NCBI RefSeq assembly: GCF_003918875.1
Contig: NW_025767192.1
Location: 248,001-312,000 of the forward strand
From: Haliotis rubra
Lineage: Eukaryota
Direction: 5' to 3'
Length of the DNA stretch: 64,000 bases
The notes under the pieces are model-generated. The model was not told where the DNA came from. It ran no database searches and saw only the letters and a list, made by a program, of their open reading frames with translations. Positions 14,151 to 26,647 of the stretch are shown piece by piece (position 1 is the stretch's first letter; every line of letters begins with the position of its first letter). Made by a program: the position numbers and the translations under genes.

Positions 14151-14301
14151 GGGCGGTGGTGTAGCCCAGTGACAAGCGTCCACTCCTCATGCTGAACGCC
14201 TGGGTTCAATTCCCCACTTGGGTTCAATGTGTGAAGCAGATTGCTGGTGTCATCCTGCTGGAATATTGCTAAAAGGGGCGTAAAACCATACTCACTCACA
14301 C
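14151..14301 (+). mobile_element. SINE family A
   Basis: Head, body and tail match 1320-1487. Confidence 0.85.
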
Positions 14302-14406
14302 TGGCTTCGATTTAAGACAAAGGTTACTGGTAACATGGTATCCATACTTGTATGGATTCATACTTTACCTTTCTAATGATATGTCTGACTTCCCTTTTCA
14401 CGCATC

Positions 14407-14650
14407 ACCCATGAAGGTCCGGGCTAGAATGAACCGTCAGTAACCCAGTTGTCCTAAGAGGCGACTAACGTGATCGGGTGATCAGGCTCGCTGGCTTGTT
14501 TGACACATGTCATCGGTTCCCAATTGCGTAGATCGAAGCTCATGGTGTTGATCACTGGATTGTCTGGTCCAGACTCGATTATTTACACACTTCCGCCATA
14601 TAGCTGGAATATTGCTGAGTTCGGCGTAAAACTAAACTGACTCACTCACT
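14407..14650 (+). mobile_element. SINE family B (full length)
   Basis: CCCATGAAGGTCCGGG head, ACTGGATTGTCTGGTCCAGACTCG body, GGAATATTGCTGAG...(ACTC)n tail. Confidence 0.9.
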
Positions 14651-14698
14651 TTGCACGTATCGTCTTTTCTTCTCCGGGGTCACGGCAGTGCCATATAC

Positions 14699-15109
14699 TA
14701 CTACCCATCAAAAGTTTAGACTCACTTTAAACACTCACTATATGTTATGTACATATATATGGTTACATCGAAGATGAATTTCTCCACTAACTTGGGGGAA
14801 CCAACTGCAACCTTACGCAGATGACTTGTACGAAGATCATGTACCAAATTGCTGAAAAGCGTTTGCAAATATCGTGCATGTAAACACCTGTTTTGGTGTA
14901 AAATATTGTTCAGAATTTTCACTCAGATTCATCACTTATTGAACTCATGAAAATAATCTTTTCAATGCTACGATTTTTTACAATACATCAGTTCATGTGT
15001 AAAGAGTACCTTTAAACAGTATAGAATAATTTGCAAAATCAATTAGAACAATTGACTTAGGTAAGTGGCTACATTTACACTAGTGAGTCTAAATTTTTTA
15101 TGGGTAGTA
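14699..15109. mobile_element. Tc1/mariner-type MITE
   Basis: ~28-bp TIRs TACTACCCATCAAAAGTTTAGACTCACT and AGTGAGTCTAAATTTTTTATGGGTAGTA; non-coding interior. Confidence 0.8.
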
Positions 15110-15420
15110 CTAGTACATATATTGTATGACATGACTGAAATACATTACCAATCTGTAATCATGAGGGGATGGTGTGTTTGTTCGACGACTGGATCGGGAG
15201 TGAAGTTGAAAACATTTGTGAACGTTTACGTACAAACAAAATGATACTGCTTAGAAACCGTAGGTTCCTTTGGGCTCTAGAACTGCATCGACATTTTATC
15301 AGATTAAAGTAATGAAGGATTTAAGTAACCTGAGAAGAATGACGACAGAAAAACGACAACACAGGCTGTGTGAATCTAATGTTAGTAACACCTGGGAGTT
15401 CTTATGAAGATCCTCTAACA

Positions 15421-15559
15421 GTGAGTGAATTAGTTTCACGCCGCTTTCAGCAATATTTCAGCAATACCACGGCGGGGGACACCGGAAAAGGGCTTCACAC
15501 ATTGTACCCATGTGGGAATCGAACCCCGGTCTTAGGCTGTATTGCTACCCCACCGTCCC
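15421..15559 (-). mobile_element. SINE family A
   Basis: Reverse complement of the family A body, with an internal deletion. Confidence 0.85.
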
Positions 15560-18056
15560 AGTTCCTCTACCAAAACCCTTCTCACCTATAATCAGGCCAT
15601 ATATCGTTTATGACGCCTTGGTATTTTTTTGAGTCGATAACGTATGGCGCTTGGCATTTCACCAGCCATGATTTGCGTCCAGTTGGGCAAGCCAGAGACC
15701 AGTGACACTGTGTTACCAAGAAAAGCATTGTTTGTACATACTATAATATAACATTACAGCAACAACTCGAGGTCAGATATACTGCAGTCAAGATATTAGT
15801 GCTTACTGCCCGATTTATAAAATTACACCTCCCGATCAATTTCATATTGATATCAATAATTCTTACATCCAATGATGCTTCATTGCGTAATGGATCTTGG
15901 ATCGACATAAATGTACAACTGTTGCATGCTGTGGAAAACCCTGTATTATGTTAGTACTTCCTCATATTCAACCCTTTTTACCCTATAGCTACAAAGCTCT
16001 TCACTTTAACGTCGCGTCCGAGTCTTTAGTGAACGTATCAGACATGATGTCTTTTAAATCTATTTAAAGCCTCAGATAATTCAGAAGCTGTGAAACCCCT
16101 CAGAAATGTCGATTATACATTATATTGACATTTCTGCCTAATGGAAATCTCATAATGTAGAATCCTTTCATTACATAATAATATTGAATTTTCAACAGAC
16201 TGGCTAAGTGGTTTCATGCTTTACCTCTCAATGGATTAGCCTGACTTCCCTTTACACGCATCGACTCAGCTTCCCCAGGGTCACTGTAGTGTTGTATGGG
16301 ATATGGACCGGAAGAATATTTGCCAGTAAGGTCCATCTAATGCCACAAAATGTACGTTGTCCTCTGATGGACAGAGAGCACGATACATGTATTAGCGTCT
16401 TGACCCATTAACACGACTTAGGTCCTCTCTTCTGACAGCTGGCAAACTGAGGTAATTTTCGCTCGTTATTTATGCAATTGGCAATTGGAATATTTCTAAA
16501 GAATACTCACCACACACTTTGGGTGTAGCATGTTTAACTGAAATACGGAATCTGGATTAAAGTAATTGCTTCTTTAATATTAAGGGTATGTGTAGTATGT
16601 TCGCTATACCTTCTGGAAAAATGATTTTAAATTGAATGATGGCTTCTCCAGTTCATGAAATAAATGATTAAAAGATGTCTTCTACGAAAATATGCAATTA
16701 ATGTCACCACACATGAGCACATTACATCTAAAAACCAAGAAATAGTTTACTCTGTTTATAACATTATTTTCCTCATCTTGGGGATTGTACATGGATATTC
16801 TTTTTACTCCTACATACAACACACGTACAAGTATCGTTACAGTTTCTAGCGGGGCTTTCATCAATGAGGGATCCTTATTGGCTGGTGATTGCTGTATATA
16901 AATGTTGTATCTTCACCAAATCTACAATAGCAATCCCTAAGGAATCTGAGGATCCGGGTATTATGAATTCATTCTGCTTGTCACATCCTATATTCAAGAC
17001 ATGACTTGTGCTTTTTACTGACGACTGGTTCGGTTGGTGTTGATGTGATGGTTAAGGCTTTACATCAGCGCCCCGAAATGGAACTGAATCTCATGGGTTG
17101 AACTATGTATATTTCACAGTGCAATGTACAGCTGAAATGACATGAATACATGGAAGAGAAAATACCTTACGTCGCGCTTTCCTAAATATTTTGAATTGAT
17201 GTACCTTGGTTTCAACCCAATGTGTATATTTCATCTTGGGATACGGGTGGACACACAAGACATCATTTATGCAAAGGGTGGTCAGCATTATAATCTGATG
17301 CAGCAACCACCACTCAGAACGATTGAAGTTGACATACAAACATGGGATAAACTCTGGCTATAGAATACTAAACTCACTCCCCCGTCAAACCACTTTGTTG
17401 GACAGTGAAGTTTTTATTATTTCTGGTATTTTCGCTTTTTCGGTCTCAAATCCTTGCGTTTCATAAAATGGGTAGTAAAAGGGGTCGGAGTTAGCAATGT
17501 TCTTTACCTCCTGTTCTTTCAGGACATTTTTAAAAATCCATTCAATTGAGCTAAAGGATCATTAACTCCCGTCATAAAACTTTGCCGAGCGTATAAATAC
17601 GATATTTCACTGTCATGTGTAAACAGGCTAAAATCAACGCAATCCAAAGTATAGTCCCATTCAACTAAAATAGTCCACCAACACACATTCAACGATCTAT
17701 CTTGCAGCTCGCAAATGAATGCACACGTCCCAAAATAACGTATTAACACGTAGTAGGAGAATATTTCTTTACAGAAATGATGTAATGGCAGCATGGCAAC
17801 TGAACTGCTGGTGGTTATGGAATTTGCGTAAACTCCTTTCAGTGATCTATTATCTCCACATGGAATATCATTTAATATGCCAATAGATGCTGGGAGGTTT
17901 CAGCATTTGTTGACAGAACAAGATCCGGCTGTGCAAAATCAATCGTTTCGGTATATTAACAATTTGTCAAACCAGGTTATTGTCGTTAAACAGTAGTTTC
18001 TGATCCGGGCGGCTGATGATATCTGACATCAAGTTTGTGTACACAATAAGCAAATA

Positions 18057-18825
18057 TACTCTCCAAAAAATGAAACGTACAGGTGTATTTTCACGACTTT
18101 TATCTGCTGACCATAAAATGAGATAACACATGTAATTCTGGGTCAGCTGTAGCCAAATTTCACATTATAAAAGATCAAATGTCTATCGACATGTATATCC
18201 TATAAACAGTTCAATACGTGAAGGCGTCCGTTCCCACTTGGGCGTTGTCGTCAATATTTGTTCGATTCCCTAAATGATTTACTGGATGTTCCAACCATGT
18301 GCTGCAGTGGTAATTCACGGCCGATCAAACGTAGAATTGGTTTGTTTATATCGGTCCCACGTCCAACGGCAATGATTCCGTAAATGAATTACTGGATGTT
18401 CCAACCATGTGCTGCAGTGGTAATTCACGACCAATCAAGCGTAGAATTGGTTTGTTGATATCGGTCCCACGTCCAACGGCAATGTGTCGATTTACAACAG
18501 TGATTCTTGGCACAACGGTATTCCTTCCTTTAGCAACAAAATGCCAGTGACCTTCTGAAAGCAAAAACGGCCTTATATAGGCAATGTCCCTGCTCACGAT
18601 TTCCTGGAACTGCAAGGGCATATTGCGAATGTTTTCTCATTCCAAGTCGACACTGTCGAACGTAAAAGTTTATTAAAGTTTCAGAAGACGCGTGTTTTGC
18701 ACTGTGCATTCGTTCCATGAACACAAACCAATGGCGACATTATAACAATCAAACACTAATTTTGAAACATATTTGAAATTTAATATATCAACACCACCTG
18801 TGCGTTTCATGTTTGGGGGAGAGTA
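18057..18825 (-). mobile_element. Non-autonomous Tc1 element with a transposase remnant and an ~110-bp internal tandem duplication
   Basis: TIRs TACTCTCC...ATGAAACG(T/C)ACAGGTG with TA flanks. Remnant peptides PRITVVNRHIAVGR and WDRYQQTNSTLD. 18272-18375 is repeated at 18382-18485. Confidence 0.8.
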
Positions 18826-19285
18826 TATTAGTCTTCGTTCGTGTTCTCATAGACCTGTCGTTTGTGATGCCACATTTTGCTGAGTAGTTTACTCCCTTGG
18901 ACGAGTAATAGGTATATGGTTGTAGATTGTGATACTTGGAATGTCATAATATCTTTGTCATGTGTTAAACATAGTTAGCAGATGTTGTAACACTCATCTG
19001 AACTCACTCAGTCATCAATTTGTTCGAACAGAATATACAATCGTCATATTAACAAGCAGTTCAAATAACTTACGCCATTATTTAAGAGTACTAAAACGGA
19101 TGCAATTCAATATCAATCTAAAACTATTAATCCAATGTCAAGACTAGTTTGTTGCTTTTTCACATAGTAAAGGGCCAAACATCATATGAATCAATCATAT
19201 GGTGGAAAGTGGTCTTGTGGGCAGCCCACAATCAGGCACACGTGAGTGACGCTGGCCAGGAAAGAGTTAGTCATCTTGCATCAGT

Positions 19286-19505
19286 TGAGTGAGTGAGTTT
19301 AGTTTTACGCCGCACTCAGCAATATTCCAGCTATATCACGGCGGTCTGTAACCAATCGAGACTGGACCAGACAATCCAGTGATCAACTGCATGAGCATCG
19401 ATCTACGCAATTGGGAACCGATGACATGTGTCAACCAGGTCAGCGAGCCTGACCACCCGATCCCGTTAGTCACCTCTTATGACAAGCATGGGTTACTGAA
19501 GATCA
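19286..19505 (-). mobile_element. SINE family B
   Basis: Reverse complement of 14407-14650. Confidence 0.9.
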
Positions 19506-21409
19506 AAATATTCCGAAACAAACATATGTACAAAAGACAATTATTACATGATATTGCGGAATCTTCATTCAAGATAACATTTTGTGTGATGGGGCCAGGT
19601 ATCAAAGTTGGTATCAATCATCAAGAGGTTCCTGTACAACATGCAAATTTTACAACCTTGGATAGTTTTGAAATGATGTTTCTCAGTAAACATGTAATTA
19701 ATACTGATGCAAAACCGCCAACATAAAACAACGCTGAAATTTAATCCACTTCCTTCAAATGAGCTGAATGGCTCAGAGAAAGTATTGATTTGATAATGTC
19801 AAAATTATGATAACAGTTAATCGTTTACCCTCAGCAACTCGGCAAGAAATATTTTCAACGGACAATATATTTCTAGCAACACACTTGTTTTATGGATTAT
19901 TTTGTAGGCGGAAAGTATTTTTATCCTATGAGACTTGACGCATTCGTGGTTTTGTCCATTCTGTCCATTCGTCAATTACGAAATCATTTAGCGGTGAAAT
20001 ATATTTTGGTTCGACATCAGGCATGTGAAAATAATGATGCATGTAATTACCTAGACGCGACAAGACTGTGATGAACCACTTATTCCCTGCATTATACTCG
20101 GCTCAAGCATAATTACCGGTCCCCTTTTATATCAAAAAAGGGAAATATCGAATTATGAGAATCAGTATTAAAACTTGTAGTTTTCCCCCAAACAGTTTAT
20201 GGCATCCAATAATGATGTTACGTACATCAAACAAAAATGGACAGACACGGATTTATGAAGCTCTCGGTTAATAAACAACGATTATCATGAAGATATAACT
20301 TCTGAGAAAAAATGGGGCCATGAACCTGATAGCTGCATCATGCTCTCATAAAACTTTCCAATCCAGACAGGAGGCAAAGTTTATGACTGAGCCCATCCGC
20401 AAGTCTAACCCTAATTTTCAGCCAAGATTTATTTTCCCATTTTGAATGTTTTAACTGTTCGATCGTGCTGACTTGAGGAGTAAGGCATTTTGAGCCCGTT
20501 ACGTTATACTTTGGTCTACTGAAACCTTCTACAGCTATTCCCTGTCGATTTAAGGGACTCGGGGGCCTCATGGAAGAGATAGCCAATATCCTTTCCTTTT
20601 CGGAGTGACACCTTAGGAGGTTTAACATCTCCCCAGAGCCATCATCCGCACGAATCAGTCGTGGAGACATCAAGTACGAAATACGAAACTTGTCTACTGC
20701 AGTTGCCTTAAAGAGTGTCATCAAATTGGTATTCTGTTAATGACCGTGCGTGCACCATGAAAGAAACGCTATATTCCTTCCTGAGATTTTATTAAACGGA
20801 TCTATTTTATGTACACTGGGTTTAAGAGCGCTGTAGATTCTTGGTGCTGAGGTACACGGACTCCCAATTAAGGAAATGCGTGGAGCGTTCAATGATCCAT
20901 CGATGGCGCTGGTGTAAATCTCCCGCAAAGACAGTTTAGTCACGACTTACAAAGAAGTGGTTCCCTGAAATGGTGAAACAGCATACAAATCGCACAGGAC
21001 ATTCGCGATTTGAAAAAAGGGATGGTGTTTAGTACAGTGAAATCCTTTTTCCTTTGATGTTGAAAATGCACAGAAATAGAAGCTTAGCAGGTGCCATGTA
21101 GAATACTGAACCAATATAACAAGGTGCAGACTTCCACCCAACGACAATTTCATCGGGAGACTGGTCTAACAACACTGTCATGGAAGGGGAATCATGTTAC
21201 ATACCTCAGTTCTGTGGACAAATCAGCCAGCATCCAGTGACAGTGTACTTGACACCAGTGAAATTTCTTCTTTCGTGCGACATGTCTGAAATAAAGAACC
21301 AGTCTGTTTGTTATCATAGGTTATCATAGGTCATATAGCATATGTTACATCTGACCATTTTCTAAATGGCCTTATGTATTCAAAGGGTTTCCAGGTGAGT
21401 AATGATCCT

Positions 21410-21662
21410 TAGCGGGAGCTTAATGGATCGGATGGTCAGGCTCAGTGATGTCGTAGATGTCATGTCATCGTCATCTGACGGATTTGTTCTTGGTATCAAT
21501 CACTGGATTTTCCTATCCAGACTATTAGGCCCTGTTAGTTATCTAAAAGAGCAATATCACGGCTGGGGACACTCGAAATTGGCTTCACACATTTTGGGAA
21601 TCGAACCCGAGTCTTCGGCGTGACGAGCGGACGCTTTAACCTATAGGCTACCCCACCGCCCC
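21410..21662. mobile_element. Degenerate SINE B (+, ~21410-21525) abutting SINE A (-, ~21549-21662)
   Basis: Family-diagnostic motifs in opposite orientations. Confidence 0.7.
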
Positions 21663-21824
21663 GCGACGGTTGAAATCAACCCCTGTGGTGGTCCTATTTT
21701 CTCGCAAACAGTCATGTTGTTTCGGTCTGTGATTATGGAACAGAGACGACTTGTGGGGATTGCAGTGTTCAATGGGTCCCCAGAAACCTATGCTGGAAAA
21801 TAAAACCAGACCGAAAGGATCAGA

Positions 21825-22215
21825 TAATAATAATAAATAATAAGTCATCTTCTGTAGCGCACAGTCTCCAAACACCAAGTGATTGCTCGCGGCGCTTAAT
21901 CAGAATCTGATTCTTATTACCCCGGATAACCCAAGCTGCCTGTTAGGTTATAGTCACATGACTTTATCCAACCGGGTACCCATTATCTGTTGGGTGAACA
22001 GACGCAATTTGGAACAAACTCACTTGCCTAAGGTGATACCACATACATCACATGTGCTTCGTTGCGGGCAGGACGGAAGTCCTAGAAACTCTCAGGAGTC
22101 AACATGGTCAAGCTGCCAAACACGGTCACCCATCCAAAGACTGTCCGAGCTCGACGTTGCTTAACTTCAACTGATTCGTGACCTGAGCTCTGTGCACAGG
22201 ACCACACGCCACCGC
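21825..22215 (-). mobile_element. 5S rRNA-derived SINE (SINE3) with CORE-like domain and L2-type tail
   Basis: Minus strand GAAGTTAAGCAACGTCGAGCTCGGACAGTCTTTGGATGGGTGACCG matches the 5S A box/IE/C box. It is followed by CCTTAGGCAAG...TTCACCCAACAGATAATGGGTACC and an AAGCGCCGCGAGCA...GCGCTAC..(TTA)n tail. Confidence 0.8.
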
Positions 22216-22216
22216 A

Positions 22217-22345
22217 GGATGGTACGGATCTGTGACATGCCGACGTCGTGAATTGTTACTCACAATATCGATCACTGAATTGTGTGACCAGGTCTCGATT
22301 TTTTAAGAGTTTTTCAACCGAAACATTACTGAGTGAGGCCTAACA
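22217..22345 (+). mobile_element. Degenerate SINE B fragment
   Basis: ATCGATCACTGAATTGTGTGACCAGGTCTCGATT resembles the family B body. Confidence 0.55.
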
Positions 22346-22619
22346 ATACAACTAGATTTAGAGACACGTTTTACTGGATTCCCCAGACCTAACCCAGCGT
22401 ATTACAAATGATCAATGCTATTTCGGACCATCCCATAGGAGCTAACATTACAAGGAGGAGCTGTCATTACTTCGTGACCACAGTGTTTGCTCACTGCCCA
22501 GACGTGGACATTCATATTGTCAATATTATTGATTATGAATACAACTATTGCCCAACGACATCCACAACATACAACTGTCCGTCCATCACGATGTGTGGAG
22601 CTCATCGTGCGTCGCAGTT

Positions 22620-23045
22620 TTTTTGTTTAAACATATTTTATTCACAATGTGAAAAGGATCGGGGACAAGTTCTTTCAACTTATTAAACCCCTCTCCGAAG
22701 ATATTTACAATAACAAATTACATCACAAGCAATTATTAGAAACAGAGACAGAGAAAGACTGAAAGATAACAGGGGGAAATGCTATAATACAAAAGGTGTG
22801 TAGAGAGAAGACTACTGGAATCGTTTAGATTTGCATATATATTGATGTACATTTTTGAATATAATTTCATTTTTATGATTTGTCAGATCTGCAAAGCCGT
22901 TTAAAATAACAGATAATGTCATCACAGAATTACTACCACATACATCTTGAATAGCTTTAAGCATGATCTTTCTATGTTGATTGTATAAAGAACATTCTAA
23001 GAAGTAGTGATGAGCATTTTCGCATGGGTTTCACATGGGTTTCAA
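22620..23045 (-). mobile_element. CR1-group LINE 3' end
   Basis: Open frame CENAHHYFLECSLYNQHR...NEIIFKNVHQYICKSKRFQ*, AATAAA and poly(A), 10-bp TSD CGTCGCAGTT (22610-22619 and 23046-23055). Confidence 0.85.
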
Positions 23046-23137
23046 CGTCGCAGTTGTAGCTCCTTATACATACGATGGGTGGTCATGTTATTACGCAAAT
23101 AAGTCATAATGTAAGTGGGACAAGAGTGAGGTTAACG

Positions 23138-23325
23138 ATTGATTGATTGATTGACTGATTGATGGAATGCTGTTTATCGCCGCACCCAGCAATATTCCTG
23201 CCATATGGCGGCTGTCTGTAAATAATCAAGCCTGGACCAGACAATCCAGTAATCAACATCATGAGCACTGATCTACGCAATTGGGATACGATGACATGTC
23301 GCCTCTTACGACAAGCACGGGTTGG
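23138..23325 (-). mobile_element. SINE family B with (ATCA)n tail
   Basis: Family B body, internally deleted. Confidence 0.85.
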
Positions 23326-24877
23326 GGTTAACGGCGATAAGACAGCAGTTGAATTGTGGCACAATAAGCACAAAGTATGGTGTGGTAGATATTTATCATT
23401 CTTTATAAACCAATGAAAACAAGTGATTTAATGTATCCAAATATAAAATACTTACGAAATATGAATTTGAAACTGTTTGGATGGCTAGTTATGTAGAGTT
23501 AATTACTGGATAAAGTCATTCTAGGGACCGGAAAATGCATCCAGTTAGACAGAATGACCAACCACCCGATGTCCAATTATCAGGACTTGATAAATGATAA
23601 AACATGAAGGAGTTTGCCTGGACACTAGAGTTAAAAGATGCATAATATTTTTGGCTTATAAATGATGTGCTTTTACACTGGTTCACTTCAACTGACTATT
23701 GACTACCTATTATATGCAAACTTTGGACGCTAGTTTACTTTGTATAGTTTCAGGTTGGTTCGAATTAAAAGAAATATTAGCATATCCAACCTTTTCATTT
23801 GTCACTGTTAGGGGAGGTAACTTTATTTTCACAATGGCACTAGGTGACGTGCGCAAAGATGCAAACTGACAATACTTTACATGTAATGCTTTTTTACCGC
23901 CCGTTAGAGACGGTGACAAATGAATGGGCATTCGCAATACTCTTAAATAAATAACTCCATTGAAGAATATTCATAAACCACTTTGATATTTCATGACCGT
24001 CAAAGGAATTAGTTAATGATTGATTTGGGACTTCTGTAAAATATTGGAGTGTCAGCTAAATGAGGTAGGGAAGCACGCAAAACAAAGACAAATTCAAGGA
24101 TGACACGAACATCTCTGATTTTGCACACTCCCAGAGGAAACATTGAAGATGCTTTTGGAGACGCCCACATCATTAAGGAAGCTGATTCATACATTATAAG
24201 ACATCTTTACGCCGCCAAATCCAGCAACATGCGGGGACACCGAAAAATGTTGAAGTCTTCGGCGACGAAAATATTGAAGCAACATATTCGACAAACAGAA
24301 ACTCATAACCTTCCTTCCAGTTTAGAGTGTAAACCAGCGTGAAGTCAGGATCCAGATTAATGGCGTATGGAATTGAACGTCAGCCCTCATTAATGAATCT
24401 GTAAAGATTGAAGCGACTTATAACTGAAGTTTACTGATGACAGGTATATATTGCATTGATAGGAGGACCAAACACACTGACAGGCCGACACGGATATGTG
24501 ACCTAGCACGTGTGACCTTACTCATGATGCACTTGCTGAGCAACGGTAGTTACACATCGGCACGCGGTATTTCCTGAAAGAGCTGATTCTGTGCATGTTG
24601 CCCTTGTTATCTTGATGCATGACATTCCCTCTGGGCTGTGGAGGGTATCATGTGATGTTCCTCACAATTCTGCACATGTTTGGCAGCTGAATATAATCCT
24701 AGACAACTGCAAAACACGTGCAACTAATTACAGCAAAGACATACACTAACGGTGGTTACATATTCGTGACCTCTTCTCCAATTATTGTCTCTATCTGACA
24801 TTACGAGGGTATGTAGACATAGACGAGAATAAATTGAATGGTATTTCGCCCTTTCAAGGACCTCTAGTCGCTGTTTT

Positions 24878-25167
24878 GTAGCAAAGGTACTGTAAGTCCC
24901 CATGGTCCCTGGTATGGTGATCTACCTTCAGTTGTTGGTGATCTATGGCCCGTTTTTATTTTGTACTGTCTATAGTGATTATATTTTACGTTAGCGTACT
25001 AGTTATAAATTTATATAGCTGTGATGTTCTAGTATTTTTACTGTCCTTCGATGACAGGTATTTATGTTCTAACCTTATTGATTTTCATATTGATATAAAC
25101 TAGATTGTTCTCGTCACGATATGGCTGAAATATTGCCGATGTACGCTAAATAATAACTCACTCACTC
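24878..25167 (+). mobile_element. 3' UTR fragment of the same Nimb/I-like LINE as 12635-13273
   Basis: Reverse complement of 12640-12920; flanking duplication CTCTAGTCGCT. Confidence 0.85.
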
Positions 25168-25525
25168 ACTCTAGTCGCTATTCTGTAACAACCTTGTTTC
25201 ATTTATGCAGGCGTTTTATGCCATGTGGTTTGTATTTTAGCTTTCTGAATATTGCCACTGTTTCGTCATGGAATACTATGCAATACAATGTCATATCATA
25301 TTGTACACTTTCTTTTTCTCCATGGTATAGAAATGACATTATAACATCATTTGTTGTATTCATGTTTGTGTACAAGAGATTGGTCGTTGACGTAGCAAAT
25401 GTATAATGATATTGCGAGTAAGAAACGTTGTGTCACCACTAGGAGTGTTCCCATTATTTGTGACGGGATATGTCACTGTGTACAGGACATCATATATCCA
25501 TGAACATATCAGTTATAGAATGGAA

Positions 25526-25666
25526 CGGAGGGGTAGCCTAGTGGTCGCCCTTCATGCCGAAAATACGGGTTCGATTCCCCACACAGGTACAATGTGTGAA
25601 GCGCATTTCTGGTGATATTGGTGGAAAATTGCTAAAAGCGGCGTAAAACTAAAGTTACTCACTCAC
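25526..25666 (+). mobile_element. SINE family A
   Basis: A and B boxes and (ACTC)n tail. Confidence 0.85.
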
Positions 25667-25932
25667 TTTCATAGAATCGCAATACCAAATTTTATAATCG
25701 ATGGTTGCCAATAGCCGGTTGCATCAACAATCAACATGGTATTACAGAAAGTGATTCCTAAACACATGGTCATACTATAGTCGAAACCGTACAATCGACT
25801 CTGGTTTTAGAATAAATTTCCTCTGAATATGGAAAGAGGTTTGTTCATTGCATGTAGTCGCATATAAATGATAACCCACTCGATGAAATCTTGACAGAAT
25901 GCAGTGTCCCTTTGACATACACACACACAAAA

Positions 25933-26083
25933 GAGTGAGTTAGTTTTGTTTTACGCCATATTAGCAATATTCCAGCAATATCACGTCGGAAGACACCAGA
26001 AATGGGCTTCACACATTGTACCCATGTGGGGAATCGAACCCGGGTCGAGCGAACGCTTTAACCACTAGGCTACCCCATCGCCC
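25933..26083 (-). mobile_element. SINE family A
   Basis: Reverse complement of family A. Confidence 0.85.
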
Positions 26084-26298
26084 ATATATTATACAAGGTA
26101 TCACGTATGCCATGTACAGTGAACGGTAACAAAATCTTGAAATATCTTAATTCTACTAACGAGAGTTGATTATCCTATTGGCGTCATGGCGTGAAGTCTC
26201 ACTTAGGGTCATTAATCACGTTCCGCCCCGCTTCACGAGTGGTCACGCTGATAGCCATACCCCACCATCCCTTCAAAGACAGCTGTTGGTCATTATGG

Positions 26299-26647
26299 TG
26301 AGGTGAGGTGAAACTGGGTTTAACGTCGTGCTTGAGAATATTTCGCTCATATGACGACGTGCATGCATGTGTATGTGCGGCTGCTTGTACTAGCCCAGAC
26401 TGAAGCTGGTTTAATAGTGCTAGCCCACTGAGATATCATGCCGCAGTGAAGCATGAATACCCCACTCAGACACATTATACTGACTCCGAGCCGACCAGTC
26501 CTTGTTGTACCCATTAATGCCGAGCGCCAGGCTGGGACCAACAAGTACCATATTTTAACGTCTTTTGGTATGTCGCGGTCGGGGATCGAACCCGCGACCT
26601 TCCGCTCTCCGGGCGGATGTTCTAACCACTACACCACGGAGGCGGTC
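26299..26647 (-). mobile_element. Young tRNA-derived SINE family C (V-domain-like centre)
   Basis: Head GTGGTGTAGTGG..GGTTCGATCCC, centre GACTGGTCGGCTCGGAGTCAGTATAATGTGTCTGAGTGG, (TCACC)n tail, 12-bp TSD TGGTCATTATGG. Confidence 0.9.

Larger units (their letters stand above)
15330..21170. repeat. Family I unit, copy d (Z-A-B-B2-C)
   Basis: Colinear with copy c, including a 39-bp perfect match (19768-19806 = 11220-11258). Confidence 0.85.

Noticed and set aside
20400-20610. Mononegavirales L motifs (EKERIL like KEREL, SKWEN like KWNN; also PYHGALT like GxxT at ~39750-39785)
   Set aside because: The spacing is wrong, paralogues read KET or TKT, and there is no GDN motif. Too weak to call.
22120-22175. 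5S rRNA gene
   Set aside because: Only the internal control region matches, and it is embedded in a SINE structure.
22408-24342. ORFs 22408-22686 and 24100-24342, and other 60-125 aa ORFs, as host genes
   Set aside because: No recognisable domains or coherent exon chain; lengths are compatible with chance or antisense TE frames.
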